This document shows positions 25,722-38,329 of a stretch of DNA of 64,000 bases, in pieces; within the stretch, counting starts at the first letter, position 1, and every line of letters starts with the position of its first letter. Below the pieces are notes generated by a model. It searched no databases. It was not told where the DNA came from and worked only from the letters and a program-made list of their open reading frames with translations. The DNA is from Macrostomum lignano. Lineage: Eukaryota. The position numbers and the translations under genes were made by a program. The stretch covers positions 1-64,000 of the forward strand of contig NIVC01004000.1 of the NCBI GenBank assembly GCA_002269645.1. The letters run 5' to 3'.

Positions 25722-28700
25722 ATGACCGAGTGCCACCAGCCTGAGGCGAAAACGGACTATGCCAACGGCTGCCTGCTAGAGCTGGATGAGCTTCGCGAGC
25801 TGGTGAGCCAGTGCGCCAGAAACAATTCAGTAGACGATTTGCAACAATTGCTCAGCCTCAACCGAGCAATGCCCGGCTTCAGCTTGAACCTACCCAGCTA
25901 CTCCAAGAGCTTCTTTGGTTGGACTCCGCTGCACCTGGCTGCTTTCTTTGGCCACTCTGAGGCCTGCCGATTCCTGCTGGAACATGGCGCCGATGTCGAC
26001 GCCCCAGCCGACAATGGCGACACTCCTTTGCACAAGGCCAGCTATACTGGCCGGTCGTCCGTGGTTCGAATCCTCCTAGACGCCGGCTGCGATGTCCGCC
26101 TGACAAACTACGCCAATCAGACCCCGTCAGATTTGGCTAAAACGCCTGAGGTTGCCGACATGATTGCTGCCGCTGAGATTCACGCTGGCAAACAGCTGGA
26201 GCAGAGATTGCTAGCGGCTGCTCAGGCTGGTGACTGCGGCACCGCGGACCAACTGCTGGGTAATTGAAAGCCTTAGACATTGAGAATCTTCACTAAACAG
26301 ACTTGGGAATTAAGAGAAACCGACTTTACGAATCGTAGGAGCCGCCTCTTAGCAGTTATTCTGATTCCCTGAGTTACCCCTGCGCAGCACCTGACTAACC
26401 CCTGAGTAACCCAAGAGCAGCACCTGACTAACCCCTGAGTAACCCAAGAGCAGCACTTGACTAACCCCTGAGTAACCCAAGAGCAGCACTTGACTAACCC
26501 CTGAGCCGCACCTGACCAACCCCTGAGTAACCCTGAGCAGCACCTGACTAACCCCTGAGCAGCACCTGACCAACCCCTGACTAACCCCTGACTAACCCCT
26601 GAGCAGCACCTGACCAACCCCTGACTAACCCCTGAGCAGCACCTGACCAACCCCTGACTAACCCCTGAGCAGCACCTGACCAACCCCTGACTAACCCCTG
26701 AGCAGCTCCTGACTAACTCCTGACCAACCCCTGACTAACCCCTGAGCAGCACCTGACTAACCCCTGAGCAGCACCTGACTAACCCCTGAGCAGCACCTGA
26801 CTAACCCCTGAGCAGCACCTGACCAACCCCTGAGCAGCACCTGACCAACCCCTGAGCAGCACCTGACCAACCCCTGACCAACCCCTGACTAACCCCTGAG
26901 CAGCACCTGACTAACCCCTGACCAACCCTTGACTAACCCCTGAGCAGCACCTGACTAACCCCTGACCAACCCTTGACTAACCCCTGAGCAGCTCCTGACT
27001 AACCCCTGAGCAGGACATGACCAACCCCTGACTAACCCCTGAGCAGCATCTGACCAACCCCTGAGTAACCCCTAAGCAGCATGTAACCAAGCAGCCTCTG
27101 AGCAGCACTTGATCAACTCTTTAGTAGCCTCTGAGCAGTGTCTGAGCAGTGTCTGAGCATATCCATGCCCCCCCTCTCGCGCAGGCCTGACCTGCCCGCC
27201 AGACCTGCACTGCACAGACCGGTACGGCAACACGCCGCTACACCTGGCTGCCAGATCCAACCGCAGCCAATTAGCAGTACAGTTATTAGAGCGAGGCGCC
27301 GATCCGTCTAAACGAAACCTGGCCGGTTGCTGTCCAGCTGATCTGGCTGTCAGCTCAGCGATGCGCCAGCTGCTCGCCTCGGTGCCCAGCCTACCGTCCC
27401 TGCTGCACCGGGACCCGCCCGCGCCTCGGTCCGGTCTGATGCAGAAGAAAGCCGCCTTCTTGTTGCTAGGCTGGCGGACTATACACGTAGAATTGGACAA
27501 CGCCGAGCTCAGGTATTATCGGGCGTCAAAATCTGGCGGACAGTACAGAGCAACCCAGAGTCTGGCGTTTCAACGGGCATTGAATGGCAGCGTGGTGACC
27601 AGCACGGATGTGCAAGCCGATTGTCTTGTTGTCTGCTTCAGCAATGGCGCCAGGTATTTATTGCATATGCTTATTATAGTGTATATTGGCACTACCCTTA
27701 TCTCTATCTGCCCCTTGTCTCTATCGGCCCCTTATCTCTATCTACCCTTATCTCTATCTACCCTTATCTCTATCTGCCGCTTATATCTATCTACCCTAAT
27801 CTCTATCTGCTCCTTATATCCCTGTCTGCCCCTTATCTCTATATGCTCTTATCTCTATCTAATCTTATCTTTATCTACCCTTATCTCTATCTGCCTCTTA
27901 TCTCTATCTGCCCATTATATCTATCTACCCTTAGCAGAGGAGAGCGGGGAAAAAGACGGGGAAACTGAGTCGCCTCCGAGCTCTTTCCACTGAGTTTAGA
28001 ATTTGAATCGGCATTCAATTTAAAGAATTTCACCGTCTCATTTCGGAGAATCTGGATGTCTCAATTTAATAGAGTATCTCATTATGTCAATCTGGAGACT
28101 CTCAAGACTCAAGTGGAAAGGTAAATATCAATTCTGCAGATCTTTGTCCAGAGAGTCTCAAACCAGAGCAGAAAATCTCAAACCAAACCAGAGAATCTCA
28201 ATCCAGACCAGAGAATCTCAATCCACACCCTCTAGACACACCCTCCGCTGCATGCCGGAGGATGACTCGCCAGTTGCCAGGCAACTGTGGCTCACCGCTA
28301 TTCGGCGTCACATCGAATTCGGCGACCGCCGGTTGGCCACCGACATCGAGGCGGCCGGATCTGCTAGCGACAGCAGCGGCGTAGGCGGCGGTCTGGAAAA
28401 CGGCGGCGGCGGCGGCTTTGTGCCGATCCGGTCAATGGCCGAGTCCGTCCGGGCCGCCGAGGCGCACCAGCAGATTCTGGTTGATCAGGTTGGCACTTAC
28501 AGCTGAGCACTCTGACACAGGCAGTCAATTACAGATGAGCACTCTGACACAGACAGTCAATTACAGCTGAAGCATTCTGACACCGACAGTCAATTACAGC
28601 TCAAGCATTCTGACACAGACAGTCAATTACAGCTCAAGCAGTCTGACACAGACAGTCAATTACAACTGAAACACTCTGACACAGACAGTCAATTACAGCT

Positions 28701-31700
28701 CAAGCATTCTGACACAGACAGTCAATTACAGCTGAAGCATTCTGACACAGACAGTCAATTACAGCTGAAGCATTCTGACACAGACAGTCAATTACAGCTC
28801 AAGCATTCTGACACAGACAGTCAATTACAGCTGAAGCATTCTGACACAGACAGTCAATTACAGCTCAAGCAGTCTGACACAGACAGTCAATTACAGCTGA
28901 AGCACTCTGACACAGACAGTCAATTACAGCTCAAGCATTCTGACACAGACAGTCAATTACAGCTGAAGCATTCTGACACAGACAGTCAATTACAGCTCAA
29001 GCATTCTGACACAGACAGTCAATTACAGCTGAAGCATTCTGACACAGACAGTCAATTACAGCTCAAGCAGTCTGACACAGACAGTCAATTACAGCTGAAG
29101 CACTCTGACACAGACAGTCAATTACAGCTCAAGCATTCTGACACAGACAGTCAATTACAGCTGAAGCATTCTGACACAGACAGTCAATTACAGCTGAAGC
29201 ATTCTGACACAGACAGTCAATTACAGCTCAAGCACTCTGACACAGGCAATTACAGCTCAAGTATTCTGACACAGATAGTCAATTACAGCTCAAGCATTCT
29301 GACACAGACAGTCAATTACAGCTGAAGCATTCTGACACAGACAGTCAATTACAGCTGAAGCATTCTGACACAGACAGTCAATTACAGCTGAAGCACTCTG
29401 ACACAGACAGTCAATTACAGCTGAAGCATTCTGACACAGACAGTCAATTACAGCTGAAGCATTCTGACACAGACAGTCAATTACAGCTGAAGCATTCTGA
29501 CACAGACAGTCAATTACAGCTCAAGCACTCTGACACAGGCAATTACAGCTCAAGTATTCTGACACAGATAGTCAATTACAGCTCAAGCAGTCTGACACAG
29601 ACAGTCAATTACAGCTGAGCACTCTGACACAGGCAGTCACTTACAGCTGAGCAGTCTGACACAGACAGTCAATTACAGCTCAAGCAGTCTGACACAGACA
29701 GTCAATTACAGCTCAAGCAGTCTGACACAGACAGTCAATTACAGCTCAAGCAGTCTGACACAGACAGTCAATTACAGCTGAAGAAGTCTGACACAGACAG
29801 TCAATTACAGCTCAAGCAGTCTGACACAGACAGTCAATTACAGCTGAGCACTCTGACACAGACAGTCAATTACAGCTGATGCAGTCTGACACAGACAGTC
29901 AATTACAGCTCAAGCAGTCTGACACAGGCAGTCAATTACAGCTCAAGCAGTCTGACACAGACAGTCAATTACAGCTGAAGCATTCTGACACAGACAGTCA
30001 ATTACAGCTCAAGCATTCTGACACAGACAGTCAATTACAGCTCAAGCAGTCTGACACAGACAGTCAATTACAGCTGAAGCACTCTGACACAGACAGTCAA
30101 TTACAGCTCAAGCATTCTGACACAGACAGTCAATTACAGCTGAAGCATTCTGACACAGACAGTCAATTACAGCTCAAGCAGTCTGACACAGACAGTCAAT
30201 TACAGCTGAAGCACTCTGACACAGACAGTCAATTACAGCTGAAGCATTCTGACACAGACAGTCAATTACAGCTGAAGCATTCTGACACAGACAGTCAATT
30301 ACAGCTGAAGCATTCTGACACAGACAGTCAATTACAGCTGAGCACTCTGACACAGGCAGTCAATTACAGCTGATGCAGTCTGACACAGACAGTCAATTAC
30401 AGCTCAAGCAGTCTGACACAGACAGTCAATTACAGCTCAAGCAGTCTGACACAGACAGTCAATTACAGCTGAAGCATTCTGACACAGACAGTCAATTACA
30501 GCTCAAGCATTCTGACACAGACAGTCAATTACAGCTCAAGCAGTCTGACACAGACAGTCAATTACAGCTGAAGCACTCTGACACAGACAGTCAATTACAG
30601 CTCAAGCATTCTGACACAGACAGTCAATTACAGCTGAAGCATTCTGACACAGACAGTCAATTATAGCTCAAGCAGTCTGACACAGACAGTCAATTACAGC
30701 TGAAGCACTCTGACACAGACAGTCAATTACAGCTGAAGCATTCTGACACAGACAGTCAATTACAGCTGAAGCATTCTGACACAGACAGTCAATTACAGCT
30801 GAAGCATTCTGACACAGACAGTCAATTACAGCTCAAACACTCTGACACAGGCAATTACAGCTCAAGTATTCTGACACAGATAGTCAATTACAGCTCAAGC
30901 AGTCTGACACAGACAGTCAATTACAGCTGAGCACTCTGACACAGGCAGTCAATTACAGCTGAGCAGTCTGACACAGACAGTCAATTACAGCTCAAGCAGT
31001 CTGACACAGACAGTCAATTACAGCTGAGCACTCTGACACAGGCAGTCAATTACAGCTCAAGCAGTCTGACACAGACAGTCAATTACAGCTCAAGCAGTCT
31101 GACACAGACAGTCAATTACAGCTCAAGCAGTCTGACACAGACAGTCAATTACAGCTGAAGAAGTCTGACACAGACAGTCAATTACAGCTCAAGCATTCTG
31201 ACACAGACAGTCAATTACAGCTGAGCACTCTGACACAGGCAGTCAATTACAGCTCAAGCAGTCTGACACAGACAGTCAATTACAGCTCAAGCAGTCTGAC
31301 ACAGGCAGTCAATTACAGCTCAAGCAGTCTGACACAGACAGTCAATTACAGCTCAAGCAGTCTGACACAGACAGTCAATTACAGCTGAAGCATTCTGACA
31401 CAGACAGTCAATTACAGCTGAAGCAGTCTGACACAGACAGTCAATTACAGCTGAAGCATTCTGACACAGACAGTCAATTACAGCTGAGCACTCTGACACA
31501 GGCAGTCAATTACAGCTGAAGCATTCTGACACAGGCAGTCAATTACAGCTGAAGCATTCTGACACAGGCAGTCAATTACAGCTCAAGCAGTCTGACACAG
31601 ACAGTCAATTACAGCTCAAGCATTCTGACACCATAGCAAACATTTCCTGTACTTCATTAACTCAGTTTAAGTTAAATTTTTTTACGTTTAAGTTAGAATC

Positions 31701-32222
31701 TATTTCAGAATCTTTTAAAAGCGAAAACCCTGCTCAAACTCCCAGGTGGCCGCTGTTGAGTCTTTACTCCGCCTCATCGAACAGCCGCAGTCTCCAAGCG
31801 ACGCCAGCCGCTGCCTGTCCGCTGTACAGCCGAAGCTTCGAGCCTTGTCCAAAAGCTCAGCGGAGGTGGCTGGCGCTCTGTCCAGCTGCCTGGCGCAGAT
31901 CACCCAGCAGGAGGAGCTGCGCCGATCCCGCCTGCACCAGCTCACCGTCAAATGCCGCTTCTTGGAGGACTCGCTCAGCGCGCTGGCCGAGCGCGGCGAC
32001 CACTCCGTTGAAGAGTCGGTGCTGCGCACCTTCACCCAGAGCGAACGGATTCTGCCTGGAGCCGCGTCAGCGTCCGAGCACTACGAAGATGAGACCTTTG
32101 CCGACTGTCTGTCATCTAATGACGGCGACTGCGCATCCGCCCGGGCCGCCAGCGCCGCCGCCTCTTCTGTTGACTTCTATTCGCCATCGCCCAGTCCGCC
32201 TGCTTCGCCTCCGGCCTCTTGA
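25722..32222 (+). CDS. OSBPL1A: ORP1L/OSBPL1A-like ankyrin-PH-coiled-coil-FFAT protein, 4 exons, 578 aa, no ORD domain found
   Basis: Exons 25722-26259, 27185-27653, 28236-28488, 31746-32222, GT-AG and in phase. Ankyrin repeats (GWTPLHLAAFFGH, GDTPLHKASYTGR, GNTPLHLAA), PH domain (LLGWRTIHVELDNAELRYY...RQLWLTAIRRH) and FFAT-like EDETFADCLS occur in ORP1L order. Confidence 0.85.
26365..27110. repeat. Modular 11-nt minisatellite (GACTAACCCCT / GACCAACCCCT / GAGCAGCACCT / GAGTAACCCAA) in intron 1
   Basis: Units visible in variable order. Confidence 0.92.
27690..27935. repeat. Degenerate CT-rich repeat (CCTTATCTCTATCT-like) in intron 2
   Basis: Low-complexity tandem copies after the donor at 27654. 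Confidence 0.85.
28500..31632. repeat. 33-bp minisatellite (ACAGCTGAAGCATTCTGACACAGACAGTCAATT), roughly 95 copies, fills intron 3
   Basis: Near-perfect tandem array; source of the QLKHSDTDSQL ORFs. Confidence 0.97.
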
Positions 32223-32249
32223 TTGTTGCTATGAAGATTCTGTTTCTTT

Positions 32250-33410
32250 GACCCTATTCTATCCTGATCCCATTCTATCCTGATCCCATTCTATCCTGAT
32301 CCTATTCTATCCTGATCCCATTCTATCCTGATCCTATTCTATCCTGATCCCATTCTATCCTGATCCTATTCTATCCTGATCCCATTCTATCCTGATCTCA
32401 TTGTATCCTGATCCTATTCTATCCTGATCCCACTCTATCCTGATCCCATTCTATCCTGATCCCATTCTATCCTGATCCCATTCTATCCTGATCCCATTCT
32501 ATCCTGATCCCATTCTATCCTGATCCCATTCTATCCTGATCCCATTCTATCCTGATCCCATTCTATCCTGATCCCATTCTATTCTAACCCCATTTCTATC
32601 CGGATCCCATTCTATCCTGATCCCATTCTATTCTGATCCCATTCTATCCTGATCCCATTCTATCCGGATCCCATTCTATCCTGATCCTATTCTATCCTGA
32701 TCCCATTATATCCTGATCCCATTATATCCTGATCCCATTCTATCCTGATCCCATTCTATTCTAACCCCATTTCTATCCGGATCCCATTCTATCCTGATCC
32801 CATTCTATCCTGATCCCATTCTATCCTGATCCCATTCTATCCTGATCCCATTTTATCCTGATCCCATTCTATCCTGATCCCATTCTATCCTGATCCCATT
32901 CTATCCTGATCCCATTCTATTCTAACCCCATTTCTATCCTGATCCCATTCTATTCTAACCCCATTTCTATCCGGATCCCATTCTATTCTGATCCCATTCT
33001 ATCCTGATCCCATTCTATCCTGATCCCATTCTACCCTGATCCCATTCTATCCTGATCCCATTCTATTCTAACCCCATTTCTATCCGGATCCCATTCTATT
33101 CTGATCCCATTCTATCCTGATCCCATTCTATCCTGATCCCATTCTATCCTGATTCCATTCTATTCTAACCCCATTTCTATCCTGATCCCATTCTATCCTG
33201 ATCCCATTCTATCCTGATCCCATTCTATCCCGATCCCATTGTATCCTGATCCCATTCTATCCTGATCCCATTCTATCCTGATCCCATTCTATCCTGATCT
33301 CATTGTATCCTGATCCTAAACTATCCTGATCCTTATTCTATCCTGATCATATTCTATCCTGCTCCCATTCTATCCGGATCCCATTCTATCCTGATCCCAT
33401 TCTATCCATA
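32250..33410. repeat. 16-bp minisatellite (ATCCTGATCCCATTCT), about 70 copies
   Basis: Tandem array beginning about 30 nt after the OSBPL1A-like stop codon. Confidence 0.96.
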
Positions 33411-34129
33411 TCCCAGTAAATGTCAAGCTGACTCAAGCACAACGATAGCCGGTGTTCACAAGGATGCGCTTGTACGGCTCTCCAAGTTCTTATTCCAGTT
33501 TAACTTGTCCTAAATTTGTCAACCCAGAAGTCAGTAATTATATTTATATATTTATTAGGCCCCAGCCTATAAATTAAATATTTGGTATTCGATGAGTTCT
33601 TGGGAACTACTTTATTATTGCTCACAATAGACCAAACTGTTCAAATATGTGTACAATTAGTTTATGTTCATAATAAATAATCAGATATATTTAATAGTTT
33701 GTCATCCACAGCACGGTATTGAATATCAAAGCTGAGCCTTGTGCTAAATGCCGAATAGATTGATGTACACAAAAAAGCGTTTTTTTCGGGCTATCTGTGT
33801 GTGTCTTTGTCAACCAATAATACCGATCTATCATCATATCATCAACTGTACAAATGTTTTATTGCATTGTCTTGCAGTTTGCTGCCAAAATTATTTAATT
33901 GTTATTGTCATTGAAACACGAAATTGTAATATAAATTTTATCAATTATGAGTCATCAGTCATGCGATCTAAAAATAGTCTTGACACGATTTTCAGGTGAT
34001 AATTGTTTGTGTTCCACTAATCCAATACCGGAATTTATGCTTTCAACTAGTCTGTAATCTGTTAAATAAGATGGTTAACTGATTTTACAGTTCTGATTTT
34101 ATTTACTGTTTTCTTTGTTGCACTTTTAT

Positions 34130-34468
34130 TTCACTGATGGAATTCACTGACATCCACTTTATGACTGATGGAACTCACTGACATCCACTTTATGACTGAT
34201 AGAACTCACTGACATCCCCTTTATGACTGATGGAATTCACTGACATCCCCTTTATGACTGATGGAATTCACTGACATCCCCTCTATGACTGATGGAACTC
34301 ACTGACATCCCCTTTATGACTGATGGAATTCACTGACACCCACCCCTCTATGACTGATTGAACTCGCTGACCCCCCCCTCTCTATGACTGCTTGAACTCG
34401 CTGACCCCCCTCTATGACTGATTGAACTCGCTGACCCCCCCTCTATGACTGATTGAACTCGCTGACCC
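34130..34468. repeat. Two related minisatellites of about 30-35 bp ending at the acceptor before ZNRD2
   Basis: Units (T)TATGACTGATGGAATTCACTGACATCCCCT and CTCTATGACTGATTGAACTCGCTGACCCCC. Confidence 0.9.
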
Positions 34469-34484
34469 GCAGCCCGGCAGCAGC

Positions 34485-35066
34485 ATGGATTTTCGCAGTC
34501 TACTCCGCGAACAAGCAGCCGCATCTTCATCATCAACTGCCGACAATGGCGACGCCAGCTTCGATGCCGAGTGGCGCCCGCCAACCGAGGCGGAGCAGAA
34601 AGTTTTGAAAGCTCGCCGCGAGCGCTCGGACAAGATCGCCAAACGGATGGGCGAGTACCTGCTCAAAGGCTGGAAAATGCTGGACCACGTGTGCCCCGAC
34701 TGCGGCACCATCCTCATGGAGGTGAGCAACGGCGGTGGCAACTATTGCATCGCCTGTCGCGAGCTCGAGTCCGACGTTAGCAAAGACGACCCGGCTCAGT
34801 CGGAGTCGGCCGCCCGAGTCCACGCCAGAGAGGCCGCCGCAGCCGCCGCCTCCGTTGCCAGCTCGCAGGCGTCATCGCGCAGCCAAACACAGGCTGCCGC
34901 TGGCAAGGACCGAGTCTGTGTTGAAGAGAGACTGCGGGCGGCCACTCTTGACCGGATTGATTACTATCAGGCTCGCCTGCTGGAAAGTTCGGACTGCGCC
35001 AAGACTGATGCCATTGTGAGCACACTGGACCGGCTGCTCGGCCTTCTGAACAGCCTGTCGAAATAA
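34485..35066 (+). CDS. ZNRD2: ZNRD2/SSSCA1 zinc-ribbon protein (autoantigen p27), 193 aa
   Basis: WRPPTEAEQKVLKARRERSDKIAKRMGEYLLKGWKMLDHVCPDCGTILM...YCIAC matches the SSSCA1 N-terminal domain as recalled. Confidence 0.92.
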   Translation: MDFRSLLREQAAASSSSTADNGDASFDAEWRPPTEAEQKVLKARRERSDKIAKRMGEYLLKGWKMLDHVCPDCGTILMEVSNGGGNYCIACRELESDVSKDDPAQSESAARVHAREAAAAAASVASSQASSRSQTQAAAGKDRVCVEERLRAATLDRIDYYQARLLESSDCAKTDAIVSTLDRLLGLLNSLSK

Positions 35067-35736
35067 TTGGAGACTCAATCACTCCTCAATGTTACTCGCT
35101 AGGATTGAGATTGGTCAGAGGGTTCATAGACTTGAGGGCCAGCCGGCAGTGAGTGGGTGTACATGTTTAAAGAGGGGGGGGTGTTTTTTCTTACAAAGTT
35201 AGTCTTCTAAATAACTGGCGACGAAGCACCACCGATGTTCATGTCATCTGGCCAATATTTTGTGCAAAAATATAATTTGCTAATTCAATTTGAGTTCACG
35301 ACTGAGTCATCGCTGAATAAATTCACAATATGCTTTTTTGTATCCGCTGTACTCTGTAAGTGTGTTCTCTTGAACTGGTTTTATTGGATTGACTTGGGAA
35401 TGTTTGAAATATTTGTACTGTGTTGTAATATCATAGTAAATTTCGAGGTAGCTAAAATATAAAAGTTAATATTCTGATTGCATTTATTGCGATTGTGCTG
35501 CATCAGTTTGTTAACCAAATTTGCTTACTTCTTATTTCAAGCTTATTTTCTTTTGATGTATAATAACCTACTGAACCGAGGAACCGAGGTACGCAGTCAC
35601 GCACTCACACACCCGCTCCACGGGGTGTACAGCGGGCCCTTTGTTGACTTTCTAATCGTATTGGCCTTCATTGGTACTACGGCCACTTAACGACTTAAGT
35701 AGCTAATAACTAGACTCAATATTCATGCGCTCTGCA

Positions 35737-36580
35737 AGATGCAATAAGACTGATGTGTAAGATGCAATAAGACTAATGTGTAAGATGCAATAAGACTAAT
35801 GTGTAAGATGCAATAAGACTAATGTGTAAGATGCAATAAGACTAATGTGTAAGATGCAGTAAGACTAATGTGTAAGATGCAATAAGACTAATGTGTAAGA
35901 TGCAATAAGACTGATGTGTAAGATGCAGTAAGACTGATGTGTAAGATGCAATAAGACTAATGTGTAAGATGCAGTAAGACTAATGTGTAAGATGCAGTAA
36001 GACTAATGTGTAAGATGCAATAAGACTAATGTGTAAGATGCAATAAGACTGATGTGTAAGATGCAATAAGACTGATGTGCAAGATGCAATAAGACTGATG
36101 TGCAAGATGCAATAAGACTAATGTGTAAGATGCAATAAGACTAATGTGTAAGATGCAATAAGACTAATGTGTAAGATGCAATAAGACTGATGTGCAAGAT
36201 GCAATAAGACTAATGTGTAAGATGCAATAAGACTAATGTGTAAGATGCAATAAGACTAATGTGCAAGATGCAATAAGACTGATGTGCAAGATGCAATAAG
36301 ACTAATGTGTAAGATACAATAAGACTAATGTGTAAGATGCAATAAGACTAATGTGTAAGATGCAATAAGACTAATGTGTAAGATGCAATAAGACTAATGT
36401 GTAAGATGCAATAAGACTAATGTGTAAGATGCAATAAGACTAATGTGTAAGATGCAATAAGACTAATGTGTAAGATACAGTAAGACTAATGTGTAAGATG
36501 CAATAAGACTAATGTGCAAGATACAATAAGACTAATGTGTAAGATGCAATAAGACTAATGTGCAAGATGTGATAAGACTA
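35737..36580. repeat. 23-bp minisatellite (GATGCAATAAGACTAATGTGTAA), about 36 copies
   Basis: Tandem array visible. Confidence 0.96.
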
Positions 36581-37031
36581 ATCTCGAGCGCTTGTTAGCC
36601 TGGCCTGTTCGCAAGTTCCAAATAATTTTTCATTGCTCGCATCCGGCAAGACTTTGCGAGTCCAGTTTGTGCTTAAAAATGAAACCGACCTCCAAGTGGT
36701 CCTGCTATCCTGACTAGTTCGTGTACAGCTTTATTTTTAGCGGTTTGTATTGGTTTATTTGTTTAAAGAGTTACAGTACGAATTTCTCGGAAACTTTGGG
36801 AAGATTCAAAATAATTGCCTGCTAACTATAGTGTGTTTGAATAAAAATGTTACAGTGTTAAAGGGTTCAAGCTTTGGTAAGATGCTCTAACAGGCTTTGT
36901 TAAACTAAAAAAACTCTTCCATCTCTTATTCTGTCAGAGGAAATGAGCTGCATTTACAAATGGAAATTACATTTGCCCGTCGCGGGTGCTCTGTCGGTTT
37001 GTCACTAAGCGGACGCCGCCAATCAAAGGTC

Positions 37032-37540
37032 TCATATGACAAGCTGGGTGCCTGTTACCTCCGCGTCGACACCGTATATTTTCTGAGCCCCGCTCTTTTT
37101 GCGCTTCTTCATCAGAGCAATCTGGTATGATCGCTGGGCCGCGACCAAGTTTAGAATCTTCTCTTTGCGCTCCTTCATTTTCGCTTTTGCCTCCTTCAAT
37201 TCCTTCTTGTATTGCTCTTCTTTCTTCTTTTGTTCGGCTCTTCGCCGCAACCTCTCGGCGTTGTCACGCTCGCGCTGTTCTTGCGCCAGCCGCTGTTCTA
37301 GCTCATAGTTTGCTTCAACATTCTGCTGAACTGTGGGGCGGGTTCAATGACTGCATCGAATCAGGTCCTACAGATCGCTACTTTTAATATGCTGGTCCAA
37401 TAATAACATAATAGTAACGGCGGCACAACTTTGACTCACTCACCCTGCTGCACAGGAGCCGGTTTTTTGCATCCTTCGCTGTATTGTACAAAAACCGCGA
37501 ACAAGATTGCAGGCAATGCTAGGTATCTGAAAAATGCCAT
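37032..37540 (-). CDS. Orphan secreted cationic coiled-coil protein 1, 2 exons, 131 aa
   Basis: Exons 37540-37444 (MAFFRYLALPAILFAVFVQYSEG-CKKPAPVQQ; G|gtgagt) and 37330-37032 (ccccacag|; E/K/R-rich helix ending KIYGVDAEVTGTQLVI); paralog of the 41336-41884 gene. Confidence 0.8.
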
Positions 37541-38329
37541 TACTTGTTGGCATCCGAAAGGAGCGTTGCCGATAAGATAGATGGGCTTAGCCTCGCAGCT
37601 TTACTTTCCTAGTAAACTACACTTTGACAGCTCGCCCTAGAGTATAGTCTATGGCCTTCTCACTCAGGCTTCAGTGCGCGCGTAAAATTCCACTTATTTA
37701 CTTTTTGTTTCTGGGTAAAAAGATGCAGGGAACCGCGCGGGTGAAGAGTGATTGGAATTCGTCATTCACTCAGCTACATGTTAAAGCCAACAAATGGCAG
37801 CTTGAATCCAACTCGATCTAGCAGCCAAAACACTTTCTCACTCTCAACCACTCGATTGCAAACTAATTGTGACCTATTTAAGCGTGTCTAAAATAACTAC
37901 AAAATGAAACTAAGGGAAGAATTTATAGTCTAGATTAATAAGCTGAGAACTCACAACTCGTCAGGTACCAACATCAGGGTTGACATGACTACGACGTATC
38001 TTCTCCGACCCATCCCATTGGTTCTTCCTCTTCAACCATCATCGGTCTGGCCATCTTCGGTCAACGAGGTAGTTAAAAACTTTGAAAAACTGCAACAGAA
38101 ACCAAGATACCGCACACTGCCCGCATTCACACAGTGCACTGAAATTTACAGTCTCCTGCAGTGGCTCCAAATAAGTTTAAATCTCTAAATCTATAACGCT
38201 GGCACAGGGGGTCAGTGACGCTGGCACAGGGGGGTCAGTGAAGCACCTGCTGGTGGAAAACAGCTGAGTCCATCCTAGCTGCAGACAGTGGGGGGGGGGT
38301 AAGACTGCAAGTTAGAGAGTACAGTGTCC

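Noticed and set aside
28500-31632. Long regular array as a CRISPR locus or repeat protein (ORFs 29879-30373, 30373-30666)
   Set aside because: No unique spacers and no cas genes. The array lies inside a GT-AG intron, and indels and stops break the frame.
34412-35082. Antisense and alternative-frame ORFs over GC-rich exons (also at 5518-6182, 27072, 31715, 46482)
   Set aside because: Shadows of real coding exons with GC-rich codon usage; no independent motifs.
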